In this document: piece after piece, positions 9,605 to 16,895 of the stretch
Position numbering within the stretch: position 1 is the stretch's first letter
Layout of the letters: every line of letters begins with the position of its first letter
Assembly: GCA_903933815.1 (NCBI GenBank)
Contig: CAIZLN010000035.1
Span: forward strand, 2,731-66,730
DNA: 64,000 nucleotides
Direction: 5' to 3'
Source: an uncultured Solirubrobacterales bacterium
Lineage (GTDB): Bacteria > Actinomycetota > Thermoleophilia > Solirubrobacterales > 70-9
Notes under the pieces: generated by a model
The model's database searches: none
What the model saw: the letters and a program-made list of their open reading frames with translations, nothing else
What the model was told of the DNA's origin: nothing
Program-made: the position numbers and the translations under genes

Positions 9605-9676
9605 GAGCAACAGCGCCGCTGCCTGCCCTGAGTAACGGCGCCGCTGCCTGCCCTGAGTAACGGCGCCGCTGCTAGG
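9605..9676. repeat. Tandem direct repeat, 25-bp unit x about 2.9
   Basis: gagcaacagcgccgctgcctgccct / gagtaacggcgccgctgcctgccct / gagtaacggcgccgctgctagg. It lies between convergent genes, and the last copy overlaps the ctaA stop codon. Copies 2 and 3 contain the palindrome CGGCGCCG. Confidence 0.85.
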
Positions 9677-10601
9677 CCTTGGCGGCGGAAAGGGTGATGT
9701 CGCGGCCCTTTATCTGCCCCGCTACCGCCACCGACCAAAGCACTGCCAGCCAGATCAGGGTCGCGGTGGCCACATGGAACCAGACCAGGATCGCCGGCAG
9801 CTCAAGTAGCCACTGGGTGATTCCGAGAGCTATCTGGAAGAGGATCAGGCCAAAGGTGACCTGCAGCGGGCGGATTGCCCGTCGATCCCCGCCCTTTCGC
9901 ATCAGGATGAAAACGACCGCCAGCACCGCCGCCGCGAAAACAACGGCCATGGCAGCGTGTCGCTGTGCGATCCACTCGAGTGTGCCCTCGCCCATGAAGT
10001 CAAAGCGCCGTACCAGCTCGGCGTCATGATCGCCAGGGTGGGGTCCGGAGGCTGTTGTGATCGTCCCCAGCAGTACCGTGAGCTGGCCAAACGGAATCAG
10101 TGCCCGGACAGCCCAGACGCCGAAGAAGTCGCCGGAGAAGCGGCGCTCGCCCGGCTCGTAGCGCGAGCACCAGAAAAGTGCGAACGCGGCATCCAGAAGG
10201 ATCATGGAGAGCAGGAAGTGTCCGATTACCAGTTCGGGGGGCAGGTGGTACTCGACCACGAAAGCACCGAGGACAGCCTGGCCGATGACACCGAGAGGAA
10301 GCAGCGCACCGAAAAGGGCGAGGTGCCAGCGATAGGGCCTGCGGAAAAATGCCAGCAACGAAGCCGCTATGACCGCCAACCCCACGAAGCCGGTCAGCAG
10401 GCGATTTCCGTACTCGATCCAGGCGTTGATCTGCGCTGGAGCAATGTAGCTGCCGTAGCATTTCGGCCAGTCGGGGCATCCCAGCCCGGAGGCGGTGAGG
10501 CGGACGGCGGAGCCGGTGAAGACGATGAGGACCAGGGCCACCAGAGCAATCAGGGTGACCTGTGCGTAGCGTTCCGGCGATATTTGGATGCGCTTCAGCA
10601 T
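9672..10601 (-). CDS. ctaA: Heme A synthase (COX15/CtaA family)
   Basis: GLGCPDWPKCYG motif; about 8 TM helices with conserved His residues (e.g. VIGHFLLS, QRHAAMAV); 309 aa. Confidence 0.9.
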   Translation of the reverse strand: MLKRIQISPERYAQVTLIALVALVLIVFTGSAVRLTASGLGCPDWPKCYGSYIAPAQINAWIEYGNRLLTGFVGLAVIAASLLAFFRRPYRWHLALFGALLPLGVIGQAVLGAFVVEYHLPPELVIGHFLLSMILLDAAFALFWCSRYEPGERRFSGDFFGVWAVRALIPFGQLTVLLGTITTASGPHPGDHDAELVRRFDFMGEGTLEWIAQRHAAMAVVFAAAVLAVVFILMRKGGDRRAIRPLQVTFGLILFQIALGITQWLLELPAILVWFHVATATLIWLAVLWSVAVAGQIKGRDITLSAAKA

Positions 10602-10658
10602 GGACGGTTCCGCGTGCTTCGGCGACGGTGTCGGGAACCTGAAGGTGCCCTGTCGGGG

Positions 10659-11408
10659 TTAGCCGCCGTTCTTGCCGCCTGCCTTGGCGTTGCCGGTGGA
10701 GGCCACAAGGAAGTCGATCAGTTGCTGGAGTTCCTGCGGAGGAAGGTTTGACCAGCGGTTTGGCATGACGGCATTCTCGTAACCGGGTGATTTGCTGGCA
10801 TCCGGCTCGACGATCGACTCCTCGATCTTCGCTCGGGTCATGCCCGGGATGACCTCATCCAGATTGGGGCCAAGGACGCCAGCTGACTCGGCAGCGGCGA
10901 GGATGTGACAACTTCCGCAACCCTGGTTTGCGTAGACCTGAGCTCCCGGGCCCTCGCCGGGCGCAATCGGCGGCCTGGCACCGGGGACGCCGGCATATCT
11001 GGCGACGTACCTGGCGACATCCTGAAGGTCGTTGCCGGTGACGATGTCTGCCGGCATGCTCACACCGGGGTAGCCGGAAGTCGAAGGACGAGGATGCTTG
11101 ATCTGATACTCGACGACACCTTTGACGGTGTCTTCATCCAATCCTGCGGCGCGAGCGGCGGCAAAAGCAGTGTCCAGATTCGGCCCCTGTACCCCTTGGC
11201 TGGCTGCCTGGGCCATGACATGGCAGGTGCCGCACTTGGCGTTGAACAGCTGCCGACCACGATCCTGAAATCCGCCCGTTATGGGGGCAGAGGTCTCAGC
11301 TCCGCAGCCTGCGGAGAGGCCGGTTAGCACCCCGAGGGAAACGACCAGAATGAGAGCTTTTGAAGTGGGGCGGAAGAGGTTCATGGGTTCAGGAACTTCA
11401 CTGGGCAT
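10659..11408 (-). CDS. Diheme class I cytochrome c, probable lipoprotein
   Basis: Two CxxCH motifs (CGTCHVM, CGSCHIL), each followed by a distal Met region. Signal peptide ends in LSAGC. ATG 11384 is an alternative start. Confidence 0.85.
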   Translation of the reverse strand: MPSEVPEPMNLFRPTSKALILVVSLGVLTGLSAGCGAETSAPITGGFQDRGRQLFNAKCGTCHVMAQAASQGVQGPNLDTAFAAARAAGLDEDTVKGVVEYQIKHPRPSTSGYPGVSMPADIVTGNDLQDVARYVARYAGVPGARPPIAPGEGPGAQVYANQGCGSCHILAAAESAGVLGPNLDEVIPGMTRAKIEESIVEPDASKSPGYENAVMPNRWSNLPPQELQQLIDFLVASTGNAKAGGKNGG

Positions 11409-11491
11409 TCTATAGATCGCGGCCCCTCACGCGGCGGCTGCCGATCGGTTACGCTGGCAACGAACGTCACAAGCTTATGGAGAGGCGGATT

Positions 11492-11890
11492 ATGAGGGTC
11501 AGCGTGGGCATGTCGCAGGTAGTCCTCAGGGTCGGACCGGCACACACGCTGCGTGATGCCGCGTCAAGGATGGTAAGCCACGGGGTTGGTGCCGCGATCG
11601 TTGAAGACGATGGTTGGCCGGTACCTCGGATCATCACCGAGCGGGACATTCTCAAGGCTCTCGGCACCGGTCTTGACCCGGACTCTGAAAAAGTCGGCGA
11701 CCACATGAGCGAGAGCGTGATCTCGGCGTCACCTGAGTGGAGTATGGAGAGGGCCGCCATGGAAATGTCGCGCCGTAATATCCGGCACCTGGTGGTCTAC
11801 CGCGAAGGCGAGCTGGTGGGAGTGCTTTCGATGCGGGACATCATGCGCATCTGGACGAGCGACGGTGCTACTTCCGGAGGACCGCCCTGA
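11492..11890 (+). CDS. CBS domain pair protein
   Basis: Two CBS-like repeats (HGVGAAIVEDDG...IITERDILKAL; RNIRHLVVYREGELVGVLSMRDIM). GGAGAGG lies 6 nt upstream of ATG 11492. The ORF-track start at 11360 overlaps the divergent cytochrome c gene. Confidence 0.8.
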   Translation: MRVSVGMSQVVLRVGPAHTLRDAASRMVSHGVGAAIVEDDGWPVPRIITERDILKALGTGLDPDSEKVGDHMSESVISASPEWSMERAAMEMSRRNIRHLVVYREGELVGVLSMRDIMRIWTSDGATSGGPP

Positions 11891-11908
11891 GGCGGCATGC
11901 AAAAGCCT

Positions 11909-12211
11909 TCAGTTGTGGTCGGGAGCAGTAAAGCTCTCAACCGGAAGCTCTGAACGGACATCCGCCTGATCCCGGGGCAGACTGTAAAAAGAGCGACGAC
12001 CCTTCCTGATCAGGCTGCGGAGACCGAAGAAGGCGAAAATCGCTCCGAGAACGCCGTAGGACCAGACCGGGAAGATGAACCCGGTAGCAAAGGTGGCTGC
12101 GACCAGACCAAGGATGCCGAAGGCAAGCAGAACCGGGGCCCATGACGGGGCGGGCAGCTGGATGGACTCGGTCGGCGCGATCACATCAGGGGCCTGGTCT
12201 GTGGGGCTCAT
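11909..12211 (-). CDS. Hypothetical 2-TM membrane protein, last gene of the oxidase-like/ctaB operon
   Basis: 100-aa ORF with helices VLLAFGILGLVAATFATGFIF and YGVLGAIFAFFGL. It starts 5 nt after the stop of the preceding small ORF. Confidence 0.5.
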   Translation of the reverse strand: MSPTDQAPDVIAPTESIQLPAPSWAPVLLAFGILGLVAATFATGFIFPVWSYGVLGAIFAFFGLRSLIRKGRRSFYSLPRDQADVRSELPVESFTAPDHN

Positions 12212-12216
12212 GAGTC

Positions 12217-12330
12217 TCAGGCCGCCAGATAAAGCGTCGCGAAGAAGAACGTGAAGGCGAAAATCGCCGCTGCGCCGGTGCCAATGAGCATGCCGGAAGA
12301 AAGATTCGACTTTGTTTTCTTGCGATCCAT
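12217..12330 (-). CDS. Putative 37-aa single-TM peptide (MDRKKTKSNLSSGMLIGTGAAAIFAFTFFFATLYLAA)
   Basis: ATG lies 13 nt after the ctaB stop and fills the gap exactly up to the next gene. Basic N-terminus plus one TM resembles small oxidase subunits. No clear SD. Confidence 0.3.
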   Translation of the reverse strand: MDRKKTKSNLSSGMLIGTGAAAIFAFTFFFATLYLAA

Positions 12331-12343
12331 GGCTGGAGTTTTA

Positions 12344-13282
12344 TCAGGCGACGGCGTCGATGGCCATCGCCACGAAAAGCAGGGCCAGGTAGGCGAGTGA
12401 ATAGAGGTAGGTGCGGAGGTTCCGGGTCGGGTCTGGATCGCGATAAAGGACAACCGAAAGCCCAATGAAAATGCCGCCCAGTACCAGGGCACAGGCCAGG
12501 TAGAGCGTTCCGAGCAGCCCCGTGAAGAACGGCCCCAGAGTGACCACGAACATCACGACCGTGTAGATGAGGATCTGGCGGCGGGTCTCGGCGTCTCCCT
12601 TTACAACCGGGAGCATCGGCACCCCGGTTCGCTCGTAGTCCTCCTTGATCATCAGCGAAAGGGCCCAGAAGTGGGGCGGAGTCCAGAAGAAGATGATCAG
12701 GAAAGGCCACGCTGCCTCGAGAGTCAGGCTCCCTGTCGCGGCTGCCCAGCCGACAAGCGGAGGCACCGCGCCGGCACTGCCGCCGATCACGATGTTTTGA
12801 GGAGTGATTGGTTTTAGCCAGACCGTGTACAGGAACACGTAGCCGAGCAGGCCGACCATCGCGAGAGCGGCAGCCAGGAAGTTGACCGTCAGCCAGAGCT
12901 GCAGGAATGCGGCGGCCCCCAGCGTAATCCCGAAGATGAGTCCGTGGGTGGGTGAGATCCGGCCGTTGACCAGCGGTCGTGAGCTGGTCCTGGCCATGTG
13001 GGCATCGCGCTTGCGGTCGACGAAATGATTGATGGCACCGGCCCCTCCTGCCGCCAGGTAGCCGCCGAGCATGGTCCACAGGATTATCGAGAGCGGGGGA
13101 CCTGCCGGATCGGCGACAAACATCGTGGTCACCGTCGTCAACAGCAGAAGGCTGATGATCCGGGGCTTGGTGAGGGTGATGTAGTCGCGAACTACTGCAA
13201 ACACGTCTTGAAGAGGGGTAGGCTGGACGTTTTCGGCAGAGGTTCGAACATGCGCCTCGCGCACTTCGAGTCCGTCGATCAT
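12344..13282 (-). CDS. ctaB: Protoheme IX farnesyltransferase (heme O synthase)
   Basis: UbiA-family motifs GAINHFVDRKRDAHMARTSSRPL and WTPPHFWALS. 312 aa, multi-TM. Confidence 0.92.
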   Translation of the reverse strand: MIDGLEVREAHVRTSAENVQPTPLQDVFAVVRDYITLTKPRIISLLLLTTVTTMFVADPAGPPLSIILWTMLGGYLAAGGAGAINHFVDRKRDAHMARTSSRPLVNGRISPTHGLIFGITLGAAAFLQLWLTVNFLAAALAMVGLLGYVFLYTVWLKPITPQNIVIGGSAGAVPPLVGWAAATGSLTLEAAWPFLIIFFWTPPHFWALSLMIKEDYERTGVPMLPVVKGDAETRRQILIYTVVMFVVTLGPFFTGLLGTLYLACALVLGGIFIGLSVVLYRDPDPTRNLRTYLYSLAYLALLFVAMAIDAVA

Positions 13283-13286
13283 TCGC

Positions 13287-14981
13287 TCAGGCTACCGGCT
13301 GGCGCTCGCCGGCCGGAGCCGCCTCTTCGACTTCTCGTCGAACGAGGGAATCACGGATGTCCTGCATTGGCTGCGTACTTCGTACATCCGGCAGCACGTC
13401 GAAGTTATGGGGCTCCGGCGGCGACAGTGTCAGCCACTCGAGCGAACTTCCGCGCCACGGGTCTGGTGTGGAGGCCGCGCCCTCGGACCGGCTTCGGATC
13501 AGATTGCCAACAGCGAGGATGAGGCCGATGAACAGGATCAGAGTGCCGAACGAAGCCAGAAGGTTGAACCGGCTCAGGTTGTCACTGGCAAAGAACCGGT
13601 ACGAGTCGGTTACCTGCCCTTCGACGCCGGCTCCCAGTAGCGGCACCAGCGCGATGAGGGTGCCCGCGAACATCACCCAGAACGAGATCCTTGAGCGGTC
13701 TTCGTCAAGCATCCGGCCAGTCATCTTCGGGTACCAGTAGGAAACCGCCGCAAAACCTCCGAACAGCCCGAAACCGATGAGGGCGAAATGGGTAGCGGCC
13801 CAGGCATCGTACGTCTGCTGGAGCTGGGAGCCGACTGCGATCGTTGACTGGCTCACCTCAACGGCGAGGCCGACTGAAGCCAGAGAAAGGGCTCCCATTG
13901 CGAAGCGCAGCGGGCCACGCATGTGGAAATCGCTGTTTGAGACCGCGGAAACAAGGTTGTAGAAAATCAGGCCGAAGGGCACGATCAAAGCGATCGAGAG
14001 GAGCATTGCGTAGTACTTGAAGCCGACCGGAATTGGCGCGGTAATCATGTTCTGGGTCCAGGCCAGGGTTCCGATCACGGCTATTGCGGCCAGGGAACTG
14101 ATGATTACGCCCCGGCCGGGAAGCTGGCGACGGGTGAAGGTCTGGACTATCTCGGAGATCGCACCGAGCATGGTCACTGCGACGGCCATATAGGCACCGG
14201 TGAAGAAGATGTAGCTCAGGTGTTGCCAAAGGAGCGGCGCGCCGCCTACCCCGCCTGTGAAAAAGCCACCGTCGAGCTGGCGATCGATCATGAGCATCGT
14301 CAGCGCAGCGAGAAAGATCGGGGCGATGATCACGATCTGCCAGCAGACGATTGCCGCGGTCCAGACGAAGATCGGCGCCCGGCGCCAGGCCATACCGGGG
14401 GCCCTCATATTCCTGACGGTGACCAGCAGATCAATTGCCAGAAGGAGAATCCCCAGTGTCACCAGGCCGGTTGAAGCAATCCAGACGTCAACGCCATTAT
14501 TGGGCGTGAAGATGTGTTGCGAGAGTGGGGGGAAAGGGTTGATTCCCGCTTCAGGCGGGGTAAAGAGGAATGAAGCGTAGAGCAGGAAGCCACCGAGGAT
14601 GAACAGCCAGAGTCCCGTCTGGCCCAGTCTCGGCAGGGCGGTCCCGCGGCTTCCGATCTGGAGCGGCGTCACGTAGTAGAGAAGGCCGATGCAGAGAGGC
14701 AGAATGAAAAGGAAGATCGCGGTAGCTCCGTAAACCGAGAGCAGCCGGTCAAAGGTCACGGCGCTGAGGAAGAGGTTTTCCGGAACGGCGAGCTGCATGC
14801 GCACCAGAACGAGTTCGAGGGCCGCCAGGAAGGCTGAACCGAAAGCAGCTGAAATCAGGATCAGTGAGATGACCTTGTGGTCGGGACTTGTAGCGAGACG
14901 GGCCCAGCCGGGGCGGTCTACAGCATCACCGGTGACGATCTCCGGACGGGTGGGCGGCATGGTTCTGGGGAAGCTGCTCAT
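13287..14981 (-). CDS. Heme-copper oxidase subunit I paralogue lacking most metal ligands (non-canonical, function unknown)
   Basis: 564 aa, collinear with ctaD (SPDHKVI, PGMAWRRAPIFVW, YWYPKMTGRM, PWRGSSLEW). Ligand columns read SVYGATAIFLF (His->Tyr84), FFTGAYM (His->Thr261), AWTQNMI (HisHis->Gln310 Asn311) and AATHF (His->Ala396, His398 kept). K-channel Lys->Ile339. Confidence 0.85.
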   Translation of the reverse strand: MSSFPRTMPPTRPEIVTGDAVDRPGWARLATSPDHKVISLILISAAFGSAFLAALELVLVRMQLAVPENLFLSAVTFDRLLSVYGATAIFLFILPLCIGLLYYVTPLQIGSRGTALPRLGQTGLWLFILGGFLLYASFLFTPPEAGINPFPPLSQHIFTPNNGVDVWIASTGLVTLGILLLAIDLLVTVRNMRAPGMAWRRAPIFVWTAAIVCWQIVIIAPIFLAALTMLMIDRQLDGGFFTGGVGGAPLLWQHLSYIFFTGAYMAVAVTMLGAISEIVQTFTRRQLPGRGVIISSLAAIAVIGTLAWTQNMITAPIPVGFKYYAMLLSIALIVPFGLIFYNLVSAVSNSDFHMRGPLRFAMGALSLASVGLAVEVSQSTIAVGSQLQQTYDAWAATHFALIGFGLFGGFAAVSYWYPKMTGRMLDEDRSRISFWVMFAGTLIALVPLLGAGVEGQVTDSYRFFASDNLSRFNLLASFGTLILFIGLILAVGNLIRSRSEGAASTPDPWRGSSLEWLTLSPPEPHNFDVLPDVRSTQPMQDIRDSLVRREVEEAAPAGERQPVA

Positions 14982-15817
14982 GGCTGTGGTTCGACCTCTC
15001 CTGTGGGGGTCTCTTCAGCGGCTTCGCGGAGTTCTCTCTCCTGCGTGGCCACCACGGAGTCCTGCGCCTCCTGAATGTCAGCCTTCAACTGCTTGATGAA
15101 GGCTTCGTACTCGGCCGTCGATACGACTTTCACCTCGGATTCCATCGCGTCGTAGCCCTGACCGGAAAGCACAGAGGCGCGCCCGCTGAAGACACCCTCG
15201 CGGTCGGCCCTGAAGAAGATCCGGTTGGTCTTGCCTGGAACTGCCTGGGCCTTGCCGGTGAGGGAGGGAACATTCCACCCGTGGACGACATCGGCGGATA
15301 CGAGATCCAGGGCGACGGTGGTGTCGACCGGCACCACAAGCTGGTGATAGGAGAAGGCCGTGTTGGGGTAGTCGTAGCGCCAGAGCCACTGCTGGCCGGT
15401 CACCTTGATTTCCAGCCGGTCGTCGGCGTTCAGTCCCGCGACGTCACTGCTTCCGACCGGCACTTCCCGCGCCTGACTCGAAAAGACCGTTGCCGTAACA
15501 AAGAGGGCAAGGGCGACGACGCCCAGCCCGAGGCCGACACGCATCTGGCGCCCGCCGCCGGTGCCTTCGCTGTGAACATGCCGGTGACGTGGCCTGGCAG
15601 CGCGGAGGATCGCGAGGTTCACGAAGACAATCGCGATAACGCCTACCACGAAGATGATCAGGTGGAAGGTGTTGATCTTCTCGATGCCCGGCGACGCGGC
15701 GTCAGGGTTCAGCGAAAGGGCCGAAGCAGGCGTTGTGAAGAACGCCATCGCGACCGCTGCTGAGGCGATCGTCGAACAGAGGGTCAGGATTTTTCCGGGA
15801 CGGGACAGCACAGCCAC
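14978..15817 (-). CDS. Oxidase subunit II paralogue without CuA site (quinol-oxidase-like cupredoxin)
   Basis: Signal peptide + 2 TM + QQWLWRYDY + DVVHGWNVP. The CuA block reads GRASVLSGQGYDAM instead of CxExCGxxHxxM (Cys->Ala214, Glu->Val216, Cys->Ser218, His->Tyr222). ATGA overlap with the downstream gene. Confidence 0.8.
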   Translation of the reverse strand: MAVLSRPGKILTLCSTIASAAVAMAFFTTPASALSLNPDAASPGIEKINTFHLIIFVVGVIAIVFVNLAILRAARPRHRHVHSEGTGGGRQMRVGLGLGVVALALFVTATVFSSQAREVPVGSSDVAGLNADDRLEIKVTGQQWLWRYDYPNTAFSYHQLVVPVDTTVALDLVSADVVHGWNVPSLTGKAQAVPGKTNRIFFRADREGVFSGRASVLSGQGYDAMESEVKVVSTAEYEAFIKQLKADIQEAQDSVVATQERELREAAEETPTGEVEPQP

Positions 15818-15900
15818 GCCATTCTAATCGGATGGGCCGGACAGGCGACGCCGGGCCATCGTCAACGGTTCGCGCAGGTCGCTTAGTCTCCCTAGCGGTT

Positions 15901-16860
15901 ATGAGATGGCGGACCCCCTCCAAAGCAGCAAGGGACCGGAAGCGAGCCGCTCTGCGGGTCGCAGGTTTTGCTGCCCTGGCAGCGGCAGTCGTGGTGCCGC
16001 ATGTTCGCCGGCAACTACGTCTGCCGATGTCGGTGACGGTGGCCTCGACGGTTGCGGCGCCCGCCGCGATAACGATTCTCTGGCCTCGCACCAGGGCACG
16101 GGACCTTGCGCTGTTCGGGGCGCAGATGTGGGCCTTTGCGGTGACTCACGAACTCCCCTATGACGATCCGGAGCGCCTGCGCAAGCGTCTGAAAATCAGC
16201 TACCCAATCAAGGCCGACCGCTGGCTTGGGCGAGGTCGACTCCCCAATTCGATGCTTCAGCGGGCCCTTCACGACGGGCCATGGGGAGATTCCCTGACCA
16301 CCTTTGCCGCCTGGTCACACTGGATCTGGTTCATCCAGCCCAACTCCGCACTTATCTGGATCCTGCTCCGCAGGAGCGAGGCCTTTCCGCATTCGGCAAG
16401 GCAGATGGCCGCCGTCTTCGACATCGGCTGCGCGATCTACTTTCTGCTGCCGACGGCCCCTCCTTGGTGGGCTGCCGAGAACGGGCACACCGGGGACGAA
16501 CAGGTCAGGCGGGTGATGGTCGAGTTCGGCGAGCGGATCTGGGGCCCGGCCTGGACCCGCATCTTCGGCACTCTCGGCAGCAACCCGTGGGCTGCAATGC
16601 CGTCGCTCCATTTTGCGACAGCATTGATGGCCGCGATCCTGCTCAGCGAAAATGGCGGCCGGGTTCAGGGCACCCTGGGCTGGCTCTACGCCGGAGCGCT
16701 CGGCTTCTCACTCGTGTACCTGGGTGAGCACTACGTCACCGACCTCCTGGTCGGAGGTGCTGTCGTCCTGCTTGTCCGAAAGGGCGAACCCCTTGCCCGC
16801 CCGCTGGTCGGTCAGGTCAACTCAAAGCTGAGGCTGCTTGAAGCGATCGCGACTTCCTGA
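15901..16860 (+). CDS. PAP2-superfamily membrane protein (PAP2_3 / inositolphosphotransferase-like)
   Basis: Multi-TM, with AMPSLHFATAL and YLGEHYVTDLLVGG (the PSLH ... H..D motifs of the PAP2_3 group). ATG 15832 is possible but would leave only 14 nt to the divergent gene. Confidence 0.7.
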   Translation: MRWRTPSKAARDRKRAALRVAGFAALAAAVVVPHVRRQLRLPMSVTVASTVAAPAAITILWPRTRARDLALFGAQMWAFAVTHELPYDDPERLRKRLKISYPIKADRWLGRGRLPNSMLQRALHDGPWGDSLTTFAAWSHWIWFIQPNSALIWILLRRSEAFPHSARQMAAVFDIGCAIYFLLPTAPPWWAAENGHTGDEQVRRVMVEFGERIWGPAWTRIFGTLGSNPWAAMPSLHFATALMAAILLSENGGRVQGTLGWLYAGALGFSLVYLGEHYVTDLLVGGAVVLLVRKGEPLARPLVGQVNSKLRLLEAIATS

Positions 16861-16895
16861 GATGGTCACAGTGGGGTGTGCTCATTAGCCAGAAG

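Noticed and set aside
9605-9676. Possible CRISPR array
   Set aside because: The 25-bp units are directly abutting with no spacers, there are only about 3 copies, and no cas genes are in the window. I call it a tandem repeat instead.
12331-12492. Upstream part of the 91-aa ORF 12217-12492
   Set aside because: It overlaps the 3' end of ctaB out of frame. Only the distal 37 codons after the ctaB stop are kept, and those as a low-confidence peptide.
13287-15817. Interpreting the ligand-less oxidase genes as simple pseudogenes
   Set aside because: Not adopted as the primary call. Both ORFs are full-length with no frameshifts or stops. They retain many non-ligand family motifs and keep tight ATGA/4-nt coupling. 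Neutral decay remains the main alternative hypothesis and is listed as the refutation test.
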